A DNA stretch of 64,000 bases, from positions 165,838 through 229,837 of the forward strand of contig RDEW01000065.1 of assembly GCA_011109175.1 (NCBI GenBank), written 5' to 3'. The notes under the pieces were generated by a model, which did not search any database, had not been told where the DNA came from, and was given only the letters and a program-made list of their open reading frames with translations. This document shows positions 34,901 through 46,500 of the stretch, piece by piece (within the stretch, counting starts at the first letter, position 1; the number at the start of each line of letters is the position of its first letter). The position numbers were made by a program, and so were the translations under genes. The DNA is from Dicyema japonicum. Taxonomy: Eukaryota > Animalia > Dicyemida.

Positions 34901-35949
34901 CATAACTATGAGATCATAGGTCGTAGTTGTTAAGAGAAAGAATATTATTTCTCTTATAATTGGTCACAGTGATCTGATTATTGATATTTCCACGGCGACT
35001 GATTCAAAAATTAACTGTCGTCCGAGAGAATCGTTACAACTTCATTAAAAGATCTGCTCTATTTTAATTTTGATTTTCACAACAAGATATAGTTATTTTT
35101 AAGTGATAAAAGGGACCTTCACGCAATCCTGACCTCTTGGTTAAGAGATTTTAGTCGTTTTTATTTAGTTTTTGATTGTTAAAGAAAATTAAAGCCTTAT
35201 GTGCGATTTTTATTTACTGTGACTTATTTGTAATTTTTCAAACTACTAGGTATATTTTCCGTTTTATTTTGTGCTCTGGTCGGGACTTTATGGTTTTTAA
35301 AAACGTAAACGAGTCTCTAATCAGTGGATTGCTCCTTCTATTCATTTCGCGTAGAAGAATAGAAAAATTCCTTCATACAAAGTTTAGAACGAGCGCAGAA
35401 AATTATAGGTCATTGTCATTATGACAAGATTATGAAAGGGGTAGTCTTTAAGAGATTATTAATTATACATGAGGTCACATATTAACCTTGTCAGCCTTAC
35501 TTCAAACTATATTACTGTCATGATTATTGGGGTCTTCCTAACATTAATTAGCGATTTGAATTACCTAAAAGCCTCCAAAAACAATGCTGGGAAGCAAGAT
35601 TGAAAATTCGTACATTAGAAAGAGAGATCAGGAACAATGAAAAAAAGAAACAAGAAAAGTTTGGAAAAACCTCATGTCCGATTAAAACAAGCAGAACTCC
35701 CTTAAAATATGTAAAAAACACTTAGAAGCTTTAGTAACGCTGAAAACTCTGCACATGTGATGAAATGGAAAACAAGATCTTCCTAAAGAAACTTATGAAC
35801 TACTACTCCTCCACAAATTTTATCCCACACAAGAAAGGTCCATCCATCCTAGCCTTCAAACCTAGAAGAGACACCTCCCTGATTATTCTCCCTGTGGAGA
35901 ACGTACAGAATATGGTCAGGGATCAGAAGTAAACAAAAAACTTGTAAAA

Positions 35950-35992
35950 ATATGTTGGGGGTCCGCGACTAAAAAAGGTTGAGAACAACTGA
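35950..35992 (+). mobile_element. hAT/Charlie-type terminus (repeated in B and C)
   Basis: GGGGGTCCGCGACTAAAAAAGGTTGAGAACAACTG; the reverse complement begins CAG..GTTCTCAACC. Confidence 0.45.
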
Positions 35993-36019
35993 TTTAAAGC
36001 AAGCATGGGTCTGAATGTT

Positions 36020-36620
36020 CATGTTGGAGAGTACACCAGAATTTCAATTGCTCAAAAAGTGGAAATATTGCGGCATAATGAAACCAATAAATCAGCTTCA
36101 TGTCAGACGATATGCAACAGATTTTCTTCTATTTTAAAAAAAGAATCTCAAGAAGGACAGTCAATGCAATATTAATGAATGCAGAATCGCTTTTATTCTC
36201 AGTTCTGGAACTAAAAAACTTTAAAAAATTAAAGTACCAGGAGCTTAATGAAAATCTAGTAGATTGGATAGATTCAATGGAATCAAAATGTAAACTATTT
36301 ACTCCAATATTTAAGGGGGTTTATTGAAAGTTTCTATAATATTACATAAGCCAACGAAATAACTTTCGTTAACTAATTTTAAAAATCTCACGGGTTTTAG
36401 GATAAACTTAAAAAAGACATGGATTTCGAAGACATAAATTACACGGCGAAATGCACACTGAAAAACATAGGATATTGATGACTTTTTATAAGAATTTGAA
36501 GAAGTTTCAAATAGTTACTCGGTTGAAAATATTTATTTGGACGAGACAGGAATATTTTATAAATCTTTCAAAGTTCATTTTTCAAGGCACAAATTACCCC
36601 TTGGACTTCCAAAAAAACAA
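36020..36620 (+). mobile_element. Degenerate Tigger/pogo transposase (repeated in B and C)
   Basis: ISIAQKVEIL HTH-like segment, ENLVDWIDSME, KRHGFRRHKLHGE and a DETGIFY motif. Confidence 0.65.
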
Positions 36621-36629
36621 ACATCGATG

Positions 36630-36900
36630 TACTCAAACGGGTAGAAGGAAGAATCGTAAAACACAAATTGGCGTTCTTTGGGCATGTTGTCCGCTCTGAT
36701 TCACTAGAAAGAACCATTATGCTGAGCAATATTACTGGAAAGAGAAGACCTGGCCGACAGAGGACTCGGTGGCTATCCAAGGTGGAAGACGTCACGAATG
36801 CCTATATCAAGGCTACTCCAAATTGCAACGGATCGGAGAGTGGAGGAAACTCGTTCATGAGATCTCCAAGGGTCGGACACGACTTAATTGGACAACATAA
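36630..36900 (+). mobile_element. RTE/BovB-like 3' end (repeated in B and C)
   Basis: FFGHVVRSDSLERTIML..ITGKRRPGRQRTRWL, plus the GGGTCGGACACGACT terminal signature. Confidence 0.75.
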
Positions 36901-37478
36901 CATTGGAAACCGAGAAGAACTCAGTATGTGATCCATATAAAAGTTAAATCTAGGAATACTGTAATGTTTGTAAAAATGGCATAGGAAGATGTGAAATCCC
37001 AAACAATATCAAAATGTTCTGTATTTAACGTCAACTGACAAATAATAGGCATTAACTATGATAATCAATTATTGGAAAGCACTTGTTCTACTTGGAGATT
37101 TTAATATATGCTAGGTAGAAAGCCACAAATGGATTAAAAGCTCATCAAAATTTAAATCATTTTTTCCATGATATTCTATGGATAATAAAAAAATTTACGC
37201 AATCACGAGAAAACAAATTTACGATGCTGTATCCAAGTCTCTTTTCTGTCAGTGTTAACTGTTTTGAATATATACAAATACTGAAAAATAGTTTTCTCGT
37301 GACATTCCTATCTTTTAATAATAAACATTCATGACATAATGTTCGGCACAAGCAGATGTTATCCTTTTGGTTCCTCCCTTGGATTAATTAGTAACTGTCA
37401 GTGGGCTTACCATTGTAAGCCTAATATTAATAACAATGACATAGTGATCGTCATAATTCGTTTTTATTCAACAATAGG

Positions 37479-37553
37479 GTGGCATTATGTGGTTCTCCAA
37501 TGAGACAAATTTTGAAGACGCCAGGGGCACCTAATGCATACCGAAAAGGACCA
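37479..37553 (+). ncRNA. Candidate HDV-topology 5' motif of an Ingi/Vingi-like element (also 47568-47642 and 57632-57706)
   Basis: UGGCAUU/GACGCCA, UGGUUC/GGACCA and CCGAAAA; alignable to 5084-5170. Confidence 0.45.
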
Positions 37554-38159
37554 ATAGACCTTCTCCTCCGGGGAGCACATACAATTCGTTACATTTGAAA
37601 ATCTGTTTCCATGTATTCCGATTTTAGCTGCGATCGCAACAATAGTTTATGCTCTCCGTAGAAATAGTCATTCCGGAATCCAGATTAATCAGTAGAATAA
37701 AATTTTGATATACCAGACAATCTGCTATGAAAAGAAAGAGACAAAAATAAGAAAATTGACCCGACAATTTACAGGCAAACTCAAAAAATGTTTCCTCATT
37801 GAAATTCCTGGCCGCACAAACAATAAAATATCATATTTTTCATTAAAAATATCAATAACTGATCAATGTAGATAGGGAAAAATCAAATAGTGGAGAATAA
37901 TCAATATTCATTGGTTACCAAAATATAAATATATTAGACATTTTGATAATAGACTTCAATGCTATTTGATGAATCCAATAATATATATAATATTTACGCA
38001 AATGTATCACAATACAACAAAAATATACAATAAAATTCAAACAAAAAAACCAACCACAAGAACGTGGCAACTGCACGCCAAAGAAAATACAAATGTATTA
38101 AAAGGTTAGCCACATTATAAAACAATTCAATTTTATTATAAGAAAAAAGAATAGTTAAT

Positions 38160-38330
38160 TTTAATTTTAATTATTCAGCTGTGGGAGATGCATAAGCTAT
38201 TCCCACGGACGACAGCCAACGAGAGCCTCTCCTTGAGCCATCTCGTCTCACGAAGATCACCAGTTTTGTCGGATAGTAGTTTTCCAAGATGATTCTGGAA
38301 CTTCAGCGTTTTAGGGCCAAAGTTCAAAAC
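38160..38330 (-). mobile_element. CRE-like 3' end fragment (repeated in B and C)
   Basis: RETRWLKERLSLAVVRGNSLCISHS*. Confidence 0.6.
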
Positions 38331-38396
38331 AATTTAAAAAAATAAATATTAAATTAATATAAATTTATCAAAATTTGACTTTAGTAATCTAGGGAA

Positions 38397-38538
38397 GAGG
38401 GTTCAATTGGACAAGGCGCTCTCGGAGTTGTTTCAGCAACCAGAATCGAACCTGCCTGAGGAGGCTGGCGAACAGGCAGGCGAGGAAGGTTGTTGATTAT
38501 TAAATATATTAACTTTTTTTATTGTTTGTTAAATAAAC
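38397..38538 (+). mobile_element. 142-nt 5'-truncated R4-like insertion with a 13-bp TSD (also 48487-48628 and 58546-58687)
   Basis: Identical to about 17260-17418 apart from a T-run. Flanked by GTAATCTAGGGAA and GTAATCTCGGGAA. Confidence 0.85.
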
Positions 38539-38559
38539 GTAATCTCGGGAAACTAGAAA

Positions 38560-38850
38560 AACTAATACCCTTATCACTTGAAGACCTTATCCGACAAAAT
38601 GGATAGGGATTTGCTACCCAGTGCAGGCAGTGCAACTCTCAATTATACAAAGCCACGAAGTGTCTTATGAGAAGGGTATGCATCATCCCTCTCCAATTCC
38701 TATTCTCGAAACCACCCCGCCCACAGAGAAATTGTGTTGAATCCCAGAAGGCGCACGAGGAGAAAATAAGAAATCTGATTGAGGCTTTCGAGATCACTTA
38801 ATTTAGTAATTAAATTAACTATTGGTGTTCTTGGGTTAATAATAATACCC
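38560..38850 (+). mobile_element. Ingi/Vingi-like 3' end (repeated in B and C)
   Basis: ORF ends IEAFEIT* within the hairpin GAGATCAC (38790-38797) / GTGTTCTT (38825-38832), followed by GGGTTAATAATAAT. Confidence 0.6.
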
Positions 38851-40374
38851 CCCAAACATAGCTATGGAGGATTACTTTGTCATAGACGCTCTGCTTTTTT
38901 GCGTTTGAACTAGGACAACCCTCCCGACCGTCTTAGATGAAGACTTAAGACCTTAAAAAAATCTAAAACTTTAATTTGGTTAAACTGTTTGGTCCCCCTT
39001 GTATTGTGATTTTGCAGTTCTTCGTCCACCGGATGCTTCTCCAGATTCAAAAAAGGTCACTGAGTTGTGGGCCATGCAGGGAAGTGTAAACTCGTTCTGG
39101 TCTTTGCTGTTGGTGTTTTAGAAAGAAATTCTAGAAGTCAGCAGTTCATTTGGTAATGGAAGAGAGTTGTTCAAATCATAAGTCAAATTAAAATATGAAA
39201 TGCAAGCACATGGATTTGTGAGACTGAGTTTAGTTGATTTTTCTTTCGTCAAAGGTTTTATTCAGAAATCTAAGCTACAACTTTTTTTAAAAACAAATCA
39301 CATTACAGAATAGCGAAACAGGTGGCTTAATGGTTAGGATGTCGTGTCAATAACAATGCTCCTTTGATTCTATCCCCCCACTGATTACTTGGTCAAGATT
39401 TCTTTTCTCCTCTATTGCATTAAAGGGAACTCAGATTTGAAAGCTCTAATTTTTGGTTAATTAGTTCCCTCACAAATCCAAGGTCACTAAAAGGTATTTG
39501 CAGCACTGAAAACGTACTAAAACAATGAGTAGGTTCTAATGAAAATAAATTCATAGAGCATCTTGGATCTTTATTGAGTTCCTTACATTCCAGAAGCAAC
39601 GCTCTAGAAGGCGATTTAAAGTTATGCAGTCGCAACATTCATCCATTGCTTATCTTCCATAAAAACACTCAATACACTGTTATTAGGACATAATTTTGTA
39701 GAATGGTTGATTCCCGCACACTCGTGAACCATAAATGAAAGCAATTCCAGTACAGGTCTTACTTTTATTTGTTATCTCAGGGAATGATCCAAGTGTCTTA
39801 AATAACTTTCATAAAGAAGAAGGTTCCTATAAGGCTTGACATCGAACTCGAAGGGTTCGAGGTAAATTCATTGACAGTAAATTAAAGGTTGGCAGGTTCC
39901 TAGATAAAAGAGGTCGATATTTTGATTTTTACATAATCGTTAAATGTGATTCTGGAAATTTTTTTTATAATAATTTTTTTAACAATTAAACAAATGTCAG
40001 TTGAGGAAGCCTGCTGCGTGGATTCTGGAAATTAAATCCACGATAGGAACCACGTGGACAGGTTCGAAGATAGAAGAAATCGAAAAGTTCAATTCTCTGG
40101 AAAAATGTTAAATGAGATTTTTAAAGTTTAATTAACGATATGAACCAAGTGGGTAGGTCTATTAATCAATGTGGTATAAAAATGTGAACTGTCTTAAAAG
40201 TGTCATCTGCATACCTAAAGAAAAGATATTAGGAGGATCAACAACCCACCAACATTTAGCATTTTCTATAATAGTGAAGTAGGTTTCCGTTATTTCGTCA
40301 CAATGAGAGTTATCGATTTACAGAACAGGATAACTACTAGGAAACAGAAAAGCCACTCCCTGACGACTACCCAC

Positions 40375-40500
40375 CTATTATTATTACCCCCAGGATCACC
40401 GGGTGAAAAAGAAAGTTCCTAACTAAGTGACCCCACACCGATATGAACGAGAATCCTGGGTAGTTTTCAAGAAAGGCTAGGATCATCCTCATCGAGGAAT
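40375..40500 (-). mobile_element. Ingi/Vingi-like 3' end immediately upstream of TBC1D19 (repeated in B and C)
   Basis: Ends GVGSLS*, like the element at 985-1470. Hairpin arms at 40393-40399 and 40427-40433. Confidence 0.6.
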
Positions 40501-40611
40501 GAAATTTTATAAAAATATAAAATATTATTAAAATATTAATCCTAAACAAAAATATTATATCGTCAACTACTATTACTATGACTAACATTCGAGGTCTCGT
40601 GGTCGGCTTTG

Positions 40612-42038
40612 ATGAAAAAAGAAATGGCAAGTTTATTATCAGAAATTAAAGAAAAATACAACAAATCAGAATATTCAGAAAACGGTTGATTTTCCTATAA
40701 AATTAGCAAGAAGTCGTCGATTTCGCTATGAAAAGTGAATTCTACTTGAAATGTCGTCAAAAGAAATTAAATAACGAATTTCTGAAAAATTTAAAGCACA
40801 ACAAATTTGAGGAAAAGCTCAGCCATATCAAGGAGGCCCAAAAGATCTGGCTTAGAAAATTAAGAATCGGCATCAACGGTCTCTCAACTTTCCACAATCT
40901 CAAATTGGCATCAAAACGGAGTCAGACTTCCTTGGAGGTGATTTCGCCACAAAGAAGCGATATTTTGGGCTTGCACAGGGATGTTACCCCAATTTTTAGT
41001 TCTGATGACTTATTGAATACTATCGCTAAGATCAGTAACCCAAATATAAAAAAGGACCTCCTCTTTGAGTCGAATCTCCCCGTAGTCGTCAAGCTGAGTC
41101 TCAGGTGGACTCCTTTTGAGAAACTGAAGGATCTAGTTGAAATATTTGGGGACATCAATGGACAAGACGACAAATATGGTGAAATACTAAGTCGTCAAGA
41201 CATCAAAGCGGCCACTGAGATATGCGCACGTGGGTGTCCTTTGGGAATGAGAGGGTCAATTTGGAAGTTGGCATTTGGAATATATCCAGAGGACAGGACA
41301 AAGTACTTCAGTGGACTGAAGGATCACTTTCTCAAATATGAAATGCTGGTCGACTACGTGGTGGAAGAGGACATTAGACAAACCGTGACTAACGACGATC
41401 AGTACTTTGTATTTGAGGATTTTATCCGCCAAATATTCCACTCTTTCATGAGAGATTCGGAAGTTACCGAAAGCATTGGATTGCTTAACGAGAATCAGTT
41501 CCTGAGATCAAAGAATTCCGTTGGAGATACTGTCGTGTATCCCCAAATGGGTATGTCCCCTACCATGGCTTCAGTTACCTCATTGCCCCTTTCTGTTATC
41601 TCTACACCGATATTGAAGATATCTACTTTGTTTTTCGGGCATTTTTTGAGCGTCATTTTATATATTTGACCACAATATCCTCGCATAAGGAGTCGATCCT
41701 TTCACTCTGTGTACAATTTGAGCAACTTTTGATGGAAAAAGAGACGCACGTGTGCGCTCATATGAAGAAGATTGACATATATCCCCTCAATATCGCTTTT
41801 GGTTGGATTGTTAGCGCAATTTTCGTGGTATTTGGCGAATGAGGAACTACTTTTACTATGGGATCGAATCATTGGGACCCAATCGCTGACAATTCTTCCA
41901 GTTTTGTCTGTTGCTATCATTTCCTTTCGTCGGGATAACGTATTGTGTGCTGAGTCCTCACAAGATATCGAAGCGATATTTTCGGATATAAAAAATATAA
42001 AAATTAATATTATTTTGAAGAAATTTATTTTTGAGTAA
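40612..42038 (+). CDS. TBC1D19: TBC1 domain family member 19, copy A (two 1-nt indels in short base runs)
   Basis: RGCPLGMRGSIW, TNDDQYFVFED, YPPNGYVPYHGFS and LLLLWDRIIG match TBC1D19. Frame breaks near 41540 and 41820. Confidence 0.8.
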
Positions 42039-42409
42039 TTTTCTGATTATTAATATTAAATAATCTATTTTTACTATCTAAAAGAACCATCAGACTACTA
42101 ATATAGGGTTTCCTGAGCATTAACATCACTTTTCCGATCAATAGGTCACTTTCTACTAATTAACATGGGCTTTGAATAACGAAATTAAAAGCAGGGAGAT
42201 TAAAGCAGAAAAATCGAGATGTAAGCACGTTCTCCCATGTTTGAACCGAAATAGATCCACTGCAGAAGTTTGGAAGACTAATCGATCCGTCTCAAGAAAA
42301 AATGAAAGATAATCTGAGGAGGATCACAGCCAAATGGATTTGAATAACCTCATAAAATATTACATGAAAATATCCCATAAGAACCATAAGAAGTCGGATG
42401 TACCTCCTT

Positions 42410-42720
42410 TTATTCGTTGTTACAATCGCATCTATTAAAAGTATTATGTGAAGAAATGGGATCTGATCATACATCTCTTCTGTTACATACCAAAGTAAGG
42501 TGGTTATCGAGAGGCAAAATTTTGGCTCGTTTTTTTGAGTTAAGAGATGAACTTAATGTTTTTTTTAATCAACTCAAATCTCAATTTTGTAAATTTTTAA
42601 ACGATTTCATTTGGCTGCAACGAGTAGCAGATTTTTCGGATATTTTCAGTAAATCGAATAAATTTTCTTTACTTTTACAGGGAAAATATTTCACAATATT
42701 TGATTCAAGAAAGAGGCTGT
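42410..42720 (+). mobile_element. hAT (Buster/Charlie/ZBED5-like) transposase fragment (repeated in B and C)
   Basis: LCEEMGSDHTSLLLHTKVRWLSRGKILARFFELRDEL. Confidence 0.8.
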
Positions 42721-43562
42721 GATACTTCCCGCGGCACCAGACGTCTCGATTGCTACCTGTACAAAACGAAAGCAGTCTCCAATTTCGTCATATTTTTTAA
42801 TCTTGATTTTTTCGGCCAGATCGGCTGCCGATCCAGCAGACTGCGCCGACCTGAGTATCATCGAGTTCGAGAAAGAATCCACAACAGTGCAGTCCCATAC
42901 GAGCAATTTCCCCTCAGTGAACAGAAAGATAATTAACCCATCCTGTATTTTCCCATCTCCGCGGTCCAATCCCACGGGCTCTAGTACTGCCGGGAAGCCT
43001 GCCTCTTCAAAAGCTCGCATGACAATGTTGTTGGTGCTCTGCCCGCACTCCTTTTGCACGAGAGCAGATGCAGCCCTTTGACATCGACGATCCCTCCACA
43101 ACGACATTGGTGTTCGACGCAAAAATCAACTCCCATGCGTTGTGTGATCCTAATACAGTCATCGTCCAAAAGGGTCCCCAGGGAGAAACACGGGAGTGCA
43201 TCCAGCCACGCTCCGATCTTATGGTTGGCGGCGGACACGAGGCATGCAAGACGATGCTGGTTGGCCTCAGACTTTATCACGTCGAAGATATTCGTGGAGT
43301 AGATCTCATCCCAGTCACGTTGCCTCGAAGGATCGTTCGGCGTATCCAAACCAGTTTCACACCATTCGCGACGAGCTTCGTCTAAGACTTTTTCCCAAAA
43401 AAAAGTCCGGTTGGAAAACGTAGGATTTCTTGGACCAAAAGGCTTCCACTTGAGAGCGATGACACATATGCTGGAAAGGCAATCTCCAGCGTCGACCTGA
43501 GACCCGTACCTCCGAGGCGTGCAGGAAGCTTGCATTGATTCCAACTCGGCACATCAAAGTGG
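42715..43562 (-). mobile_element. CRE-like element C-terminal half (RLE), truncated at the array junction (repeated in B and C)
   Basis: LPARLGGTGLRS, GAWLDALP, CRCGG..H.LSC, EP.GLDRGDGK..DG, WDCT and AIETSG motifs. Confidence 0.8.
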
Positions 43563-46500
43563 ATCCAAAATTTGCTCAAGCACATTCATCAGTTTCTGTC
43601 TGTTTATTGAGTCGAAAGCTCTGGAGAGATCTATTCCCAACATGGTCGTTGCGCAGCGCCATCTGTGGCTCCATACAATGTCTGCCGTAGACTTTCCTTC
43701 CCGGAACCCAATAGATCCGCCACACCCTTTATCCGACTTAGTGCAATGTTTGCCAGTACTTTGCGTATCGAATTCAGAAGTATTATGTTACTGGCACATG
43801 CGTTACCGAGCGCTACGCGTTACACTTCGCCTTGAAACTCCTTCGACTTGAGAACATGAAAGTAGCACCAGTGGCACCACCTCCACATGAACATGAACGA
43901 CGTCCTTGTATGGAGAGAATTCAGGGAAAGAGTGTAGAATCCTCTTGACAAGGGTGTTACAGGCCATTAGCGACGAGAGATATACAGGGAGAGAAATGTC
44001 TATAGAGCTGTGATTCCAAGTTTTCCGAGTCTGACTGCCAGTTTGGCCTGCTTCCGTTAGTATTCCTCAAGCCGGAAGTTAGAGATACGCTTCGATGTCA
44101 AACGGAAGATCCCGTCAATATGTGCGATTTGGTCGAATTTTCGCTCGTTGTATTGTCGTGTATTGAATCAATTACCATTAACATCATGTCCACTCCATAC
44201 ATTATTCCACTCCAACTGCTTCCTTTATGTTTTTAGTCCAACACTTATCTTCGAACATCATCTTAAATAGTGATCTTGTGATTGTCTGATTGAAGCGTTC
44301 GATAATCCTTTGACTCCTTGAATTGTTAGGCCTACTATGAATTTGTTAGACGCTGAAGCAGTGGAATGTTACATTCTGACACCACTTTCCGAATAATTTC
44401 TCTTTTCACGAAAAAATATCTTCTACTATCGTGGCGATATGTCTTTTATTTGAATTTTTGACCCGCAGAATTTATGCTTTCCTCAGATATTATTCAGACT
44501 TCTCCAAGTATCGGAAGAATTGTAAAAGCATCAGTTCACTTATATGGGTAATGGATACCAATTCTCTTCCAAACTCGTGTCAGATAGAATATTTCTTCTT
44601 TTCTAGGTTTGAAATGAACCTGTTTTTATACAATTGTCAAGTTCATTGATAATTTTGAATATGTTACCCGAGTTGAATCTTGTATTTGCCAAATTCCGGT
44701 CCTTTTTTTAACCCCCTTCAAATATCAACTTTAACAATTAGTTTATCCTCTAGCAATCAATGTATTAACACCTATATATTTCGTCATGCGAACTAGCTTC
44801 AGATCTCAGGCCAGCAAATTAATAGCAGATTTTTTGATATTCCGTTCGATTTCAATGGCTTCAAAGAAAGAATTAATTTTCATTATCGTTGAGTTTTCCC
44901 TTCGAAAAAATACTTGTAGGTGGTCCATAAATATCAGGTAGTTTGTTACATAACTATGAGATCATAGGTCGTAGTTGTTAAGAGAAATAATATTATTTCT
45001 CGTATAATTGGTCACAGTGATCTGAGTATTGATATTTCCACGGCGACTGATTCAAAAATTAACTGTCGTCCGAGGGAATCGTTACAGCTTCATTCAAAAA
45101 TCTGCTCTATTTTAATTTTTTCACAAAAAGAGATAGTTATTTTTAAGTGATAGAAGGGACCTTCACGCAATCCTGACCTCTTAGTTAAGAGATTTTAGTC
45201 TTTTTTATTTAATTTTTGATTGTTAAAGAAAATTAAAACCTTTCTTGATTAAAATTGATTAAAATTATGTGCGATTTTTATTTACTGTGACTTATTTATA
45301 ATTTTTCAAACTACTAGGTATATTTTCCGATTTATTTTGTGCTCTGGTCGGAACTTTATGGTTTTTAAAAACGTAGATAAGTCTCTAATCAATAGATTGT
45401 TTCTTCTATTCATTTCGCGTAGAAGAATAAAAAAATTCCTTCATACAAAGTTTAGAACGAGCGCAGAAAATTATAGGTCATTGACATTATGACAAGATTA
45501 TGAAAGGAGTAGTGTTTAAGAGATTATTAATTATACATCAGGTCACATATTAACCTTTCAGTCTTACTTCAAACTATATTACTGTTATGATTATTGGGGT
45601 CTTCCTAACATTAATTAGCGATTTGAATTACCTAAAAGCCTCCAAAAACAATGCTGGGAAGCAAGATTGAAAATTCGTACATTAGAAAGAGAGATCAGGA
45701 ACAATGAAAAAAAGAAACAAGAAAAGTTTGGAAAAACCTCATGTCCGATTAAAACAAGCAGAACTCCCTTAAAATATGTAAAAAACACTTAGAAGCTTTA
45801 GTAACGCTGAAAACTCTGCCACATGTGATGAAATGGAAAACAAGATCTTCCTAAACAAACTTATGAACTACTACTCCTCCACAAATTTTATCCCACACAA
45901 GAAAGGTCCATCCATCCTAGCCTTCAAACCTAGAAGAGACACCTCCCTGATTATTCTCCCTGTGGAGAACGTACAGAATATGGTCAGGGATCAGAAGTAA
46001 ACAAAAAACTTGTAAAAATATGTTGGGGGTCCGCGACTAAAAAAAGGTTGAGAACAACTGATTTAAAGCAAGCATGGGTCGGAATGTTCATGTTGGAGAG
46101 TACACCAGAATTTCAATTGCTCAAAAAGTGGAAATATTGCGGTATAATGAAACCAATAAATCAGCTTCATGTCAGACGATATGCAACAGATTTTCTTCTA
46201 TTTTAAAAAAAGAATCTCAAGAAGGACAGTCAATGCAATATTAATGAATGCAGAATCGCTTTTATTCTCAGTTCTGGAACAGAAACTAAAAACTTTAAAA
46301 AATTAAAGTACCAGGAGCTTAATGAAAATCTAGTAGATTGGATAGATTCAATGGAATCAAAATGTAAACTATTTACTCCAAATTTAACAATATTTAAGGG
46401 GTTTATTGAACGTTTCTATAATATTACATAAGCCATCGAAATAACTTTCGTTAACTAATTTTAAAAATCTCACGGGTTTTAGGATAAACTTAAAAAAGAC

